Source of the DNA: the human T2T-CHM13v2.0 reference genome, Homo sapiens
Assembly: GCF_009914755.1 (NCBI RefSeq)
Contig: NC_060936.1
DNA: 64,000 nucleotides
Direction: 5' to 3' (one strand)
This document shows, one piece after another, positions 1 to 15,300 of the stretch (position 1 is its first letter; every line of letters begins with the position of its first letter). Under the pieces are notes generated by a model, which was given only the letters and a program-made list of their open reading frames with translations, made no database searches and had not been told where the DNA came from. Position numbers and translations under genes: made by a program.

Positions 1-174
1 ATAATGAATAAAGAAAGACAACAGCATTGACAGTGCTCACTGCCAGCCTGACACTGCACTAGACACTCTGAAACACATTTTCTCACTTACCATTATAATG
101 GGATATAGATATGGGTCTATCTATACCCTTACACAGATATATTACCATCCTTATTGAAAACTCTTCTGTATGCT

Positions 175-865
175 TACAGAGGGATCTTTACAAACTAAAC
201 ATACCCTTGAAATACCTGCTTTAAAAATATGTAATCACTTCCCATTGCTCCTAGAATAGATATCACTTAACATGGCCTATAGGATTCTGAGTTCCACCTC
301 AGATGCACTCCAATCCTCTCCCTCAGCCCCACCATTCTCAGACACTGCTAACCTCCCAAGCTATTTAAAATCTATTATTTCTCATAGTGCTATACACTTC
401 CTCTTCATAGCACTTACCACATTCTAATTTTATGTTTGTCCGTGTCACTATTTATTTAGTATATTTCTCCCCCACTAGCCTGAACATTCTAGAAAGGAGA
501 GACTATGCGTGATTTTGTTTGTTCTAGGAGGCAATAAATCATCTTGACAATGAGGGCAGGTGAGAACAGACCACCTGGGTTTGAATTGTTGTTTTGCTAC
601 TTACTACCTGTGTGTCCTTCACAAGCGCTGAACTTTTCTGTTCCATAATTTCCTCAGCCCTAAAAGAAGGTTAGTAATAGAACCTGTTGTAAAGATTAAA
701 TGAGCCCACATGTGTAAAACACTTGAAACAGTGCCTCATACATAGACATTCCATAATAAATGTTATCCATGATTAATATTATTTGTTTGCCATTGTACTC
801 CAAAGCTCCACACAGGGTCTGCAACATGGAAGGTACTTAATAACATTCGTTGAATGAATGAATGC
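175..865 (+). mobile_element. L2 3' end interrupted by a MIR
   Basis: ctcccccactag... (468-500) resumes at about 780 and ends in the L2 tail gttgaatgaatgaatg. Confidence 0.6.
550..775 (+). mobile_element. MIR SINE
   Basis: gggtttgaat...ctacttactacctgtgtgtccttcacaag...tttcctcag...aagattaaatgag core similarity. Confidence 0.7.
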
Positions 866-3399
866 TGAAGCTGACATGGAGAAATTATAGGAGATGAACT
901 CTGGCTTCATACCTAAGACTATCAGAGTCCAAAGACTACAGGATATGCTTCTTATTATACTATGCTCTCAACTAGATAACATGAGAAAGACAACAACCAC
1001 AGGTTACTGGGGCATAGAGTAGGGAGCAATTAATATGACTGGGAGAGTCAGTCAAGATAATCAGAAAGGAGAATTTAACCTTATCTTTAAGAATAAGTAG
1101 GATATTACCAGGCAGAAACAAAAATAAAAGGCATTATCAGCAAACAAACAAAACCAACAAAAAAACAACACTGGAAGGACATCAAGGTAGCAAAATATTT
1201 AGAGAATTCTGAGTAGTATGAGGTGAGTGAACATAGGTTAAATGGTTAAGTCATAAAGGTAGAACATGAGTAAATTAGAGAAGAACCTACACGAATGCTG
1301 AGAAATTGTTCTGAAGAAAATGGAAAGTCATCAAAGCCTTTACACAAGCCACAATCTTAAGAGGCGTTTGTTTTTGTATCTGCTGTTTAACTTATTCTAC
1401 AAGGATTTGATAGTTCACTCAACACAAGCACTCATTTGAAGCAATATTGAAATAAATCATTTAAATAAGGTAAGATGAGGGCTTTATAATAACTCCAGGA
1501 ATGGCAATGGGAATAGAAAGCAGAAAATAGAAAGCAAAACTAATTGCCCATAAACAAGGGATTGGATGCATTAACTCTGGTACATATAGAAGATACTGTG
1601 ATATGAAAATCAAGTATAAAGAATATTTAACTATATAAAAAAAGTATATGCCCTTAAACAAAAAAGTAGGCTCTAAAACTATTACAGCATGAGTTTCTAT
1701 TAAAAATATGTTATTAATAAACATTATATCTTACACAAATTTACCTTTTTTAAAACAAAGACTATATGCCAAAATCTTGCTGGTTATTTTCTTTGGTTGG
1801 CAGAATTAGCATATTTTAAAAATTATTTTCTTCTTTTTGCTCTTTTTCCCCTAGGATTTCTCCAATGAACACAAAATGCTTTTGTAAAAAAGAAAACATG
1901 ATAAAACACATTAAAAAAAAGTAAAAGTAGGTGAAAATGTCAATGAAATTCTGGTTTGTAGAACCATCAAAACTTGGAAAAGTTTAATAAGACCACCAGG
2001 AAGAAGAAGAAGGGCAAGTTTCCAAACTGATTTCACAGGGCCAGGAGGGCAGGCCACTGAGATAGGTAAACCATGGAAGCACAATCAGTCCCATCTCATG
2101 GATATTCTACCTGGGGCTTTTACTTTGCGTGGCTCAGAAGCATCTGAGTATTAGACCAACAGAAAGATAACTCCAGAAGAAAGATGTAATAGTGTCATAT
2201 TTGTGTAATTGATTGATCTAAGACTTGGTTGATGAAAAATCACCTGGGACAACAGCAAGAAGAGTTGCGTTCCAACCCACTGAAGTCCTGCTGCTTTCTG
2301 AGCTGCAAGTATCATATCTCTTGCTTTTGATTTTAAACTTAATTGTTAAATATCTGCAAAAATATTAAGATGCTGAAAGCAAGTTAACTTATAGAAAAGT
2401 ACAAAGTATTACATCAAAGAAAAGCATCAATTTGAAAAGGCACAGACAGAAATACATTTGCTTCATAACTGCACTTTGAGTGTTTTTACAAAATTGGGCA
2501 TTGTGACTTTTCATTACCATTTATCTACATATTAGTTTAAATTTACGTCTCTATCCCGGACCTCTCACCCTTTCTCTAGTTTCATTTTTCTCACTATCTA
2601 CAGGACAATTATTTGGACACTCTTTCTCTGAATCTATTATCACCCCTTCCTAACATGTTCTTTGCCAACTATCCTCTGCATTACCACTTAACTTTGAGGT
2701 TGTCTGCTGTTTGTTAATGGAGTCTAGCATTGTCTTTCTGACATGAGAAAAAAAATCAACTGTGTCTCAGTCATTCGTCCAAAATTCAATCTCATAGAAT
2801 ATGGGAAGCTACTCCTTGTGCAGTCTTCCGTGGCTTAAGGACAAGCCAAGTTTGACTTTAAAATGGCCTATTAATATCACTACTTAGCAACGGAGTTTTA
2901 ATGTAAAATCTTTTAGAAAAATCTTTACTACAGCAAAAGGGATATGTAACTTCTGCTGTTCTTATAGATTTTAATGGATTTTTAATCTACCAATAGTAGG
3001 CTGTAAATTCAAGCTCAAAGGAAACACAAGTGCAACTCAATGGGAAGTTTTATTGGATTGCTTACAGAGAATTATAGTTATGATCAAAAGCTGGGAGTGA
3101 ACAAAGTCTGAATGCTTCTCTTTTCAAGTAATTTGAATGCTTCATTTCTTCCTGTGCACTTCCTAAGCTAAAATTTAAATGAACAAGGCAAAGAGCCAGA
3201 GTTAGGTAGCATGAGAACAAAGGAGGAAAAGCAAAGTTTTGGAAAATCCACAAGTGACAAAGAGCCCCCTGCATAATCAATTTCTGAAATATTTATACCC
3301 TAGTATTGTTGTTTATCCAATCTATTTTTATTCTTTATAATAGCAAATGATATATCTATTATGTATAGACTGTACAGAGGAACAAAATTTGTCAAGCAA

Positions 3400-3860
3400 C
3401 AAGTATTTATTCAATACTTAAATGTGAAAAAGAAGGCATTATTTCCTAAAACAATGAGTGAAGATTTTAAAATGAAGTACATCTGAACTGAGTCTTAAAG
3501 GGTAACAGTAATGTAGAAATATGGACAATAGTAAGTCAACATAAAAATAACCTGGAAATCAAGTAGAAATAAAAAAAACAGTAGAAAAATGCAAAGTATG
3601 GATAAAGAGTAACATAGTTGACTACAGCATCAAGGAAAAGGCCAAAGCACAGAGTCTTAAACATCAGACTTATAAGTTTAGATGTCATTCAGTAGGTCAT
3701 TCAGGGAACCATTTCTGAGCAGGGAGGTAACAAGACCAGAGCTGTGATTTAGGAAGATTAATCCATTTCTACTAATGAATTACAGTTAAGAACAGGCTGG
3801 GGGCAGGAAAATCAGGTGAAATGTAACGAAAATGCTCCAGATGAGATGATGATCTATATA
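3400..3860 (-). mobile_element. L2 fragment
   Basis: caacaagtatttattcaatactta, gaactgagtcttaaagg, cagggaaccat...gagcagggagg motifs of antisense L2. Confidence 0.5.
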
Positions 3861-5648
3861 TTGTATCCTCTAATGAAGCAGTTGTGTAGTTATGGAAAGT
3901 GATTTCTAAAAATGATTTGTTGCAAAATAATATCCCATTACCTTCAGTGATCATGTCCAAGATATATTCCACCAGAAAACACTACCTACAAGGACTGAAA
4001 TCCTAAACTGAATGCCCTATCTCAGTTACCATATCCCATCTCATTTTTGCTACAGTAACTTTTTCCCATGTGTGTCTGTCTGTCATTAGCAATTATTAGA
4101 AACTTCCTCAGTAGTCAGGGCTTTGTGACGGCTGTTAGAACTTGAATGTCTATTCAAGTACAGGCACTCAGCATCCAGAGTCTCTCCCTGCCTCCTCACT
4201 GGTGAAATACTGGCCGTTCTCCAATACCTGAAAGGCCTAAGAGCCAGGGATCCATCCGTATTAAATAAATCCTCATTCATCCTTTAATTTCTTAAGCTGG
4301 AAACTCTGGAATTCTTCATTTTTAAATAAGAGGGCTCTTTCTCATATTCCAGTAAGAAGTGATATTCAGGACACATGGTTTTCCTGGGGTACTGTTGATA
4401 GGTGATTTCAAATATCAACTCTAATACTGCATCAACCATGAATAGTACTAAATGAGTAGATAGTTTCCAAGCAGGCATCCCAAGTAAGTATGAGTATTCT
4501 TAAGTCTCATCTGGGAGGTCTCATCCTAACATCCAATTATTTCTCAGTGGAAGTTTGATACTGCCTTCAAAATGAGATCTTTGTATCTGGGGGAGGCAAT
4601 ATAGCAAGGCCCACAATTCCATAAATAGCTGTTGTTTTTTAGTTTGTCGATTCTAGTTCTTACCCTCAGATCCCTCATTTCATTTTCTCAGTAAAGTCAT
4701 ATTGTGTCTTCTTTCTCATTGGCTCTATGCACTATTTTTGTCCTATGAAAATTTGATATAAATCATTTTATGTATGTATGCTTTATAAAATCATGAAATC
4801 AAGACATTGTCCAAATATGAGGACATATTGAGACAAGTTCCAATATTGAGACACATTCCAAATTTTAAGCTTACCAATGGCAGATACCCTGCAGCTCTTA
4901 CAATAGGGGAAGAAGGGCTTCTATGTGGCAGAATGAAAATATATGTTAATTCAAAGGAGGAAATTCCAGGAATGATATCATTACCTTGCAAGTATCTGTT
5001 TCATGTAGACAATGAGAAAAATAAAAAAAGTTTCATGTATTATTCACTGTCCCAGTTACAAATTTGTGCTTATTTTAGGCAAAGGTGAAAAATTTTATAG
5101 AATATAGTAACCAAAATAGCACAGAAAACACAAAGTTAAGCCTGAGTTTCACAATAGCAAGAATTATAAAAATACATGAATATTACCCAAAAGTTCTTAT
5201 GCTGGAAATGGATCCGCTAGAGAAAGAAGACCCTGTGTCATTTCCAAACTCCAGAATGTCACTTTTGGACGCATACATATATATGTTTAAAGATGGAGGG
5301 ATTATCTAAACTCTGTTCATAAAATCTTATCAAGGTAAAGGAGATATCAGATGCAATAGATGCATTCCTGCAATTTAAGACACAAAATATTTCTTAAAAA
5401 CCTATACGGAGGTCTCCTCTCTTGGAAAGCCCTGTCCGATTGCTCTTTTCCTATATGATGGAACTGTGGCAAGATGTGGAAAAGGTGGCTTAGGAACTCA
5501 AGGGATTTTACTAACTACTGGGGCTCTATGAAGCCTCATGACATTCAGTGTCAGTGACTTCATGTGACACTATAGACATTCTCTGGTCTCCGTGATTCGG
5601 ATCATATTTGGAGCCATTGTGGGTAGCAAAAGACTCTTAGATAAGCTT

Positions 5649-5815
5649 GGTATTTCATCCAAGATGCCATTAATTTGAGGACAACCCAATATTTCATGTG
5701 TCACCAGGAAAAAATACTATGGCAATTAAAATATGATAAACCATCAATTTAAGATGCATCCCAATCTTATGGGATAAAATGTGCTAAACATGTCTTAAAT
5801 CAATGGATTATGGTA
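5649..5815 (-). mobile_element. MER104/Kanga-like Tc2 DNA transposon MITE
   Basis: gtatttcatc...aagatgcc start; ccatcaatttaagatgcatccc...tcttaaatcaatggattatggta end resembles the family TIR. Confidence 0.5.
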
Positions 5816-5968
5816 TAACCTCTTTATATGAATTACAGCAACTCCAAGGGGAGAAAGTTTATAATTGGGAGAAAACAGAATCAAATAAGACAGGAAATAA
5901 CCTTCTTTTAATTAAGATAAAATTTAAAAAAAAGAGAATGAGGATTATGTTCTCAAAAATTACATGAA

Positions 5969-6078
5969 TTTCTTCTTCTTTTTTTAAGAGGTGGGGTCTT
6001 GCTATATCACCATGGCTGCAGCGATCCTGGACTCAAGGGAGTGGCTGGGACTAAAGGCGTGCACCACCGCACCTGGCT
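5969..6078 (-). mobile_element. FLAM / Alu monomer with internal deletion
   Basis: T-rich tail, gaggtggggtcttgctat...gctgggactaaaggcgtgcaccaccgcacctggc. Confidence 0.75.
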
Positions 6079-9000
6079 TTAAATTCTCCCTTTTCCTGCT
6101 TTGTGTGAGTGAGATAAGCAGTATGCATGAGAAGATCTTAGAGTAAGAAAGTCAAAGAAGACGACAGTGATTTGAGCTGCTTCATTGTTTGGCCCCAAAG
6201 CCAGGCAGACCTCATAGTTCTAGCAGCCAGGATCCTGGTGTTAATCAGTGTCAATAACTTAATTTTAGTGTTTTGCTCTTTTCCTGAGTCAGCAGTTAGT
6301 TTCCATGATTTTTACCTGAATTCTTTGGTTATCGGGTCTTTAATCTGCGTTGAGGATTTAGTGTGTTGGGAGAGTCTGCTGCTTGTGCCAAGGCTTCCTG
6401 CTGCTCCAGGCCAGTTTAGCAGTGTGACCACTGCTCACCATCAGCTGACGGAGCTTCCAGTCCCTGTGCTCCAGCCTTGTTCCCCGGACACCTGCTAAGG
6501 CCAACAGCTAGATATTCAGCACCTGTCTGACCAGATACGTTCCTACAGAGGTCATCTGCTACTTTGTATGCACAAGCTTCCACATGTTGCTATAATCTGC
6601 TCCAATGTCCTACTCCTTGTTGGTGATTTTCTCCAATTCTCAATGACCAGCCTTCCATTGTCCCAGTGACAACTGGGCCCTGATTCTGTCAGGTACAACA
6701 GGTATTTTCAGATAACTAGAGATGGCAGGAAAGGATTAAAGTATTTTGTTTGTTTAGCCTGTGTGTCCTAGATATGGTAAGATTATGAACTAGAGAAAGG
6801 CAAAACTATCCAGTATTGGGAAGAGAACATTTCAGAGGCAGTGATACTGCTCTGGGGAAGATCAAAGCTCTATCATACAGAATCGAGATCAGGTTTAATC
6901 TCAAACCAAGATTCCAGGAAAGCTATGAAGGGGAATTTCTAATTAAGGATTATATGTAAAACCAATATGATGAAAGACAAATTATTAGTGATAAAAGTAC
7001 TATATTCTAGCTTAAAGTTTACTTTACAAGGTATAGTATTTGCTACCATTTAGTTAAAACTTTGTAAGCAGGTAAGTCAAATATATTAAGAATCATTCCT
7101 ATTCACAATGCAGAAAACTGAGACAGGGAAGCTAAGCAACTTATTAGTTTGGAAATGATAGAGTTTGTATGAGCCAGAATTGAACAACAGTTCTTCCGAC
7201 TCATGGGCTTTTCCTACTGCCACTAGCAGGGTAGGTTTTCAGATTAATGGACAAAATTTATGCTTAGAACTAAATTATTTTGAATTTCATTTTATCATTT
7301 TTCTTGTTGTATAAATAAAATAACAATAAAATGTTCTAAAAAATCTCTTTTAACCCTGTAGGAATATAATAGGATAACTACTTGGTGCAGTGTGTTTTCT
7401 GAACCAGATGAAGTATCTTCGAAAGTAATTCATCAAATGCAGTTCTTGTAATATGGTTGGCATACAATTAATGTTGGTTTTATACAATTTTATCTTTCTG
7501 TAGATTACAATAAATGATCATGAATGAAATATCGAATTCAAAACCTAGCCATCAAATTATGACATACCAAAATATTGCTTTTCAAAATCAAAGATACATC
7601 CTGCTGCCTTACAAATCCAAATTTAAAGTGCTTATCAATGGGAGAAAAGACAATTAACATGGAAACAAACCACGACATTCTTGGGCTCAGATAGAAATTT
7701 ACCAGTTTTTCATTCTAAATGAACTCACACTGTATAGATTCCTATGATCCCCCTGCATGCTCAGCAACTGTCATTCATCTTCCCTGTCCTCCAGCCTCTT
7801 CCCCCAGGTAAAGGAGAGCAGGTATGTTTGAACCAGAGCCTACAGAGTAGCCCATATCTGCCACCATATCTGTTGCTCCTCTTGCCATTATTTCTTTTTA
7901 TTTGTCTTTTATATGTGTCTCTTAAAGAAAAAAATTAAACTAAAACATAGAGTAAATGTATGGAACACAAATTATTAATGCAGGCTAAAATAATATGCAT
8001 CTAATAATATGCATCTTCAGTTCTGTTCCAGTATAGTCTAAGGAAGTTTAAAAGCACATAACAGCTTAAAACCAGAGAGATGTACACACACGAAAAACTG
8101 TAGCGCCATATATCCCAGCAATGACAACGATAAAAACCCCAAACAAACAAATAAACAAAAACAGAACCTGCAGGAAGATATTAAGAGGCTGAATGTAATT
8201 ACTCGATTTGGAAACTGACCAGAACACTACAGTTAAAATCCTCTTGCTAGAAAGGTTCTGAGGAATCCTTAATGACTACAAATGGCTAGAACCTCATGTC
8301 CACACCTCATCTGAAAGATGATGACAACCAGCAGTAAGTCCTCCCTGCCACTACCCAGGGACTGAAGTCAATCCTGACTCAGAGACTAAAGGGCCACCTA
8401 CAGAAATTGACAGAAACATTTGCTATCCTTGGCTGCCTTTGCAAACTGGTTTACATGAAGCAAATTACTTAAATATCTCAAGTATCACTACCACATTTTA
8501 ATAGAAAATGTAGTGATCTCATTCCTCATCTCTATAAAGGAATATAAATTAATGCTATGCACTCTCTTTGAGCACAAACTGTTCAATCCTTGTGTTTGGC
8601 TAATATTGAGTAATGAATTTGTACATATCAGTGAGGCATTAGATGGTTATTGTTTAATCTATGTATGCCCACTATCACACTAACTTATTTTAGCTTTTTA
8701 TATTTTTCAAGAAACTGACTCAAGTGCAATAATTAAAATACATTACAGTAGTGCAAGTGAAATTTGGAACACTGCCAACGTTTTCAAGAACTTATAATTT
8801 TCTTTTTCAGAGAAAAAAGTAGTTTTGACATCTTTGTGCAAAACAGTCACTAACAGTCACTTACAATTTCAGGAAAATCACTGTTTTAATCATGACCTTT
8901 CAGCTGTCCTTGATTGAAAAAAAATTGGCCACCTACAGAAATAATTCTGTTGGGCCCTCATCCCTCTACTGATTGATGGCCTCATGTGGCTCTACATGTT

Positions 9001-9357
9001 CACAATTATAAATAAAACTATATAAAAGTGGCAGAGCTTAGCTTCCATCTAACCAGATAAGGATAAAACAGTTCTAATTGACAATAAAAGGAACTTTAAG
9101 TGACATCTTTCCCATGTACCTGTAACAAAGTCAAATGGTAGATTTTTCTCTGATTAAATGTGTATTCTTGTGGTCACCATTCACTACAACCATTAATTTG
9201 GCATCCATTTTGTAAAGGGCACTGTATCATACTCTGTGGGGGGTGATGGAAGGTGGATAAAACAGCTTCTGTATTTAGAGAACCTATTATCTGATGAAAT
9301 ACTCAACCAGCTAACATATAATAAATATGGAACCCATACACACAACATGCAGGTGTC

Positions 9358-9448
9358 TGTATCTATCTATCTATCTAGATAGGTAGGTAGGTAGGTAGGT
9401 AGGTATGTAGGTAGGTAGGTAGGTAGGTAGAGAGATATGTGTGTGTGT
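9358..9448. repeat. Compound microsatellite (TCTA)n-(TAGG)n-(TG)n
   Basis: Direct reading. Confidence 0.95.
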
Positions 9449-10772
9449 AAAAACTGGATTTGGTTCAATAGATTGATAAAAATGTATGCTTATACTTGGG
9501 AACAACATATCTATATATTTAAGCTTTTATAAATATATGTATATTTTGTCACATCAGGAAACTTTTTACTAAAACATTAGAAGTCATAAAATGTTAGTCC
9601 ATGAGCTTTTCAATGGAAACGAAACAAAGACTCATCCTACTGTTAAAGGTTTCCCACCTACTGTATAAGCAACAAAAATAGAGCTGGCATTCAGGACTCC
9701 ATTAGACATCTATTGAAGCTCTGTGGGGCTGGAAAGCTTTTAGGAGTTCAGCATAAATCATTTAATATGTCAAAAAAAGACTTAAAAAAAATTCTCCCTT
9801 TGTATTCAATTTATATGAATGATCTCCAATTTACAACCTTATGCTCAACCCAGAAATTGGATTAATCAATACAATTATCTTTTGGAAATCCCTTTTTTCA
9901 ATTACCGTAGTTCATAAACTAGAAAAGAAGACTGAGATTCCTTAGATAGTAAGCTTGATGGCAAGATTCAGCTATATTGTGGGGCTGGCATTAGAAATGG
10001 TCATGGTAAAAGTTCCAATATTGTGTTTGAGGGATTACAATAATTAAGCGATTCTTTTCCCTAAAACATAAAGCAATTATCTACTAGTTGCAATCTAAAA
10101 TAAATTGTTTGGGAAAAAAAAAAAACACGAGAAAAATATTTCTAGGATCAGATCATGAATACTAATGAAAAACATTATCACATGAAATTCTATACTGAGT
10201 CATCTATTTTAAACGAGTAAACTCATATTTCTGGAAATCACCAAATTTTTCATAATCATCAATTTTTTTAAATTCAGTCTATTTTCTGTTGTGGAAAAAT
10301 TCTTAGTAATGTTCTAGAGACACAGTTTCAACATACAAAAGAGTCACAATTTCAACCTACAAACTACAAGAGAACCGAGGCAATTATTAAGCTAATTTAG
10401 GCCCAAAGAATACTTTCACATGAAGTAGTCAAATAATTAGGCAAAAGTTTTTTTGTATTGATCATCTTTATCATACATATTTCCGTTGTACATATAACAA
10501 GCTTTGGCAAATTTAACATTAAGAATGGAAAGAGAAGAACTCAATATATCTGCCTAACTAGAATTTTATAAGTTATAAATAAAAGAGGAAGTATTGGACC
10601 TATGTGGTCCAAACTGCATGTCCCTCCTGTCTACATATGCTGATTCCCCCCGCTCTTATGGAGCTAAGTCAAATTTGAGAAGAATATACAGAATTTTATG
10701 AATCTGAAAAGTCTATAAATCCTAAAATTCAACCAACATTTTGAATCAATTAAAAAAATACATTGATGTTAA

Positions 10773-11171
<399 letters not shown>

Positions 11172-11594
11172 TAAGTATTTATTTGGTTTGTGCCCAGCTT
11201 TGTACTATCTGCTGTGAAGCACGTGATTCTGAAATAAAGTAGTTGAAGATCGGTTTGTAATTAAAAAATCATATGTAAATAACACTCACAATGACATGAT
11301 AAAACAGTAACAATGTACAAAAAGAAAACAGTATTGAGTTAGTGCTGAGTTAGAATTCCTGTGAATTATCACACCATTGTAATGTATTTTACTGAAATAA
11401 ACTCTATGGACAGGTCTTGTATATACAACAGCATTTTCTAAATGGAGAAACTGGAGTAGCAAAAAAGATAAAGTTAACTTTTTTAAGGGGGGGTCAACCA
11501 GATGAAGAAGCCACACACTTTATATTTTACTACAGTCTTTAACCAATCCATCTCACTGCTTAAAAGTACCTCTCTTGTTTATATTCAAACTTTA

Positions 11595-11942
<348 letters not shown>

Positions 11943-12446
11943 TTAGCCTCCTGAAGTTAAAAACATACTTCTTCCTGCAGATAACATTCTGATTGACAAT
12001 TTTTGCTTCACCAGGCTTGAAGAGGAAAAATGTACAACTCAGAATGGCCTAGCCTATAGGAAAACATTTCTATCCTCATAACTAACTGTTTGTCAATTAG
12101 CATTTTGGAAGGCAGAAAGAAGCTTCAATTGGTTGACATTTTCTCTAATCTTGGGTGATGCCTCAGGTTTTCATTTCCAGATCAATTTAATAGCCCCTTA
12201 AAAGCAGATCTGTGCCAAATATTTGCTGAAGACTCTATATAAAATATTCCGTCAGAAGATGAGTGCCCTTCCAGTCAAGAGATATATGATGTGGGCCTAT
12301 ATGTGTGTATTCTAATAAGCTTAACTGTGAAGGAAACCCTAGACAAAGGAAAATTTATGGTTGACTTTAAATTAAAAAAATATATATTCTCTATCCCTAT
12401 TTTTATACTAAGACTGGAAAAGGCAGTCATACAGGAGATTAGGAGC

Positions 12447-12845
12447 TGTGGCAGAGAACACTAACTGGCTACCCAATACCCCTTCCCTGGCTCCTGCTTG
12501 ACAAACAGCACCCTGCTTACAGCAATGAGATGTAAATGGAAGTGGGGGCGGGATACAGTGAAAACCTTTTAGAAGGGGACAGCCCTGACTGTCTTGGCCT
12601 TCCTGCTCTGTGCTTTGTGCTTCTCCCACTTCCTTCCTAGACACGAGCTAACACTGGTCTGCTGCAGCCCTACCAGCCCTCTTGTGAGCATTAGCATGAA
12701 GATGTGCCCCCAGTGTGGAGGAAGAGAGAGTTAGAAGTCTGGGTCCCTGATAGCATGAGGAGACAGCTGGCTTGGACTGCATCCGCGTATCCACTGTCAC
12801 TCGGGTTCCTGTTACTTGAAGCTGAATACAATTGCTAAGTGATAG
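12447..12845. mobile_element. MLT1 (J/K-like) ERVL-MaLR solo LTR
   Basis: Starts tgtggcagag, contains ctgggtccctgat, ends ctgttacttgaagctgaatacaattgctaagtgata. Confidence 0.65.
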
Positions 12846-12849
12846 GGAC

Positions 12850-13045
12850 TCACAGTTTGGTGTCAAATAAAATCCTGGTCTGCCCACTTATCATTGTATG
12901 CTCTTAGACACACACTCTCTTTCTCTGCATGAACTTGCTCATCTGTAAAATGAGGATAATAGTGATACCCATCTCAAAGGGCTGCACTGAGAACTCTGAT
13001 AATTAACAAACTCCATCTAACACACATAAAACAAGATCTAAGTGC
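12850..13045 (+). mobile_element. MIR SINE
   Basis: aaatcctggtctgcccactt...ctcatctgtaaaatgaggataatag core. Confidence 0.7.
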
Positions 13046-15119
13046 TTCATAATTATTTATTATTATTAATCTTATTGTGCTACTCACACTATAAGAGAGC
13101 AGCCCATCCATCGTTCAAAACTAGGCAAAAGTTAGCAATGCATGTGGTATGCAGGGAACACAGACCTATTACCACAATCGCTATCCAAAATGAGAACAGA
13201 AACAATTGTAAAAAGAAAGGAGAGGGAGGGGTTGGGGAGGGGGAGGGAATAATGGTTTAAATTTATAGCATTCTTTTCCACTTGGATAATGATTTGCTAT
13301 TTTTCAAACAGATATTTGGGAAGTGATACACACTTCAAAGTCCTCTTTTTCATACAACTTAAACATTTTATTTCGAGTTGTTTATCTGGATCTCTCTATT
13401 GAGCTGTTTGTGGGTATGCTTCTATCTATAGTTTTAGAGAATAACAAAAAAACAATAAATTCCATGTGAACTCACTGTAAGCCCAGGAGGGCAGGGTATG
13501 TGTCACGTCTACTTGCCACTGAGACCTCTGCATGATGATATACGAACTAATAACCCGATCCATTAACCCTCTTCGTTCCACAGACAGTCTTTCACATTTG
13601 GGTCACAAGCAACCACAGGAAAAAGAAGAAAACAAAACAAAACTCCTGTGCTTTTACATATGAGAAATTACTGTTTATGTGTAATAGCAAAAGACTGTTA
13701 ATGTTTTTGGCACTTTTGATTTAGGGAGAAGAAAGATTCACCAGGAAAAAGTGACCTTACATGCTAGTATGAGGTCACTACACTTTTAATTCCTGCAGGG
13801 CAAATGTAGAGTATTCAGAGGTTTGGGTGGGATAGAAAAATAATAAAAACCCTTTTATACTTGGGCTCTGGGCAAAATGAGAACTGATGGCCTGCTCCCC
13901 GTGTGGCGCTCCAGTGAGACGGCAGCCTTGCAGATATCCCATGACAAACTAAGGCAGGGAGAAAAGAGTACAGACGTGGCTGCACAAATGATCAAGGTCC
14001 GAGAGGCTGGGATGTCCCCTTTTCATCCGAATGGTGTGAAAGTTAGTCGAGGGAGAGCACTGTCGGCCTGATGAGGTCTCACTGAGGATTGTGGTAAGGA
14101 TGCAGACATGAGCCAAAGCACGGCCTCTGTGTCTGAGATCATGAGAGATGCCAGCAGGGATGGATGCCCATGATTAAAGACCATGACAGGACAACGGTAC
14201 AATGCGTCTGTTCCAGAATAAGATAGGTGAGGGCTGGAAAGTAGACATCACTTCTCACCATTTTGCTCACCCCTGTACTGTTAAATGTATCAATATCTAA
14301 GTCCCAGCACCAAAATGTCGCAGTAATTACTTCCTGACCCACAATTAAAGCATGCTGCATTTTTCAGTCATAACAGCCAATTCTTTCTGAGTCATACATT
14401 GAACCAATTAAACTTAGAATCTCTATGTCTGAACGGATGACTTCTAATGAAAAGGGTGAAAGCTTCTAACCTCAACATCCAATCATATCTCTGTTTGGTA
14501 AATCAGGGGGAGAAGTTCAACTGAATGGCTTGGAATAGAGCCCATCCCAGCAGATTGTGCTGGGTAGAAATAACACTAGTCTGTCTAGGTAAGATCAGTG
14601 CCAATGGTTCCAACTAAAATTAGAAAAAAGGAGACAGTACCTTGGCTCATGCTTATGTTGGAGACAAGACTCTAACTCCTGCTAAAGCCAAATGATGGCA
14701 ATTCAATTCCTGCCTGCCAGTTGCAAATCCCTACACTACCACTGCAGTATTATCAAAAGACGTTTGCAATCCAGTGCACCTAACAAGAGAGGTGATTTCT
14801 TAGATTAGTCACTTAGTGGGTTAGCAACTCAAGAGTTAGTAACTCAAATGTGTGCATACATTTATTCTGACAGAAGTAAGTAAGTTCCAAAACTATAGGC
14901 AGATTGCTGAAAAGAAAAAAAAAATCAGTAGAATCTTACTAATTTGAAATAGATAAAGGATATTATTCATTTATTAGTTTTAAAGTGTAAAACTGGGGGA
15001 AAAATATCAAGGATTGAATGAACCCACTCCTTCCACACAACATCATCAAAAGACCCACAACACTTCTCATGCATTTCAACAAATACAATTTTGCTCTAAT
15101 CTCATATGTGTCATAAGGC

Positions 15120-15300
15120 ACTATGCCATAGTGAAAAGAAAACTGGGCTAGGAATCAGGAAATCTGGGTACTTTTTCTGGCTCTGTCACTTATTAACTGT
15201 GTAAAATGATGCAAAATTTAACCTCTCTGAGCTTCAGTTCCTTGTCCACAAAAGCAGTGACTTAGATAAGGTTAGCCAGCTCTTAGAGTCCTTACTACTC
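15120..15300 (+). mobile_element. MIR SINE
   Basis: ggaatcaggaaatctggg...ggctctgtcacttattaactgtgt...aacctctctgagcttcagtt. Confidence 0.7.

Noticed and set aside
4140-4159. 8-bp inverted repeat ACTTGAAT-gtct-ATTCAAGT (similar ones at 21314-21339 and 51951-51987)
   Set aside because: Expected by chance in 64 kb of AT-rich DNA
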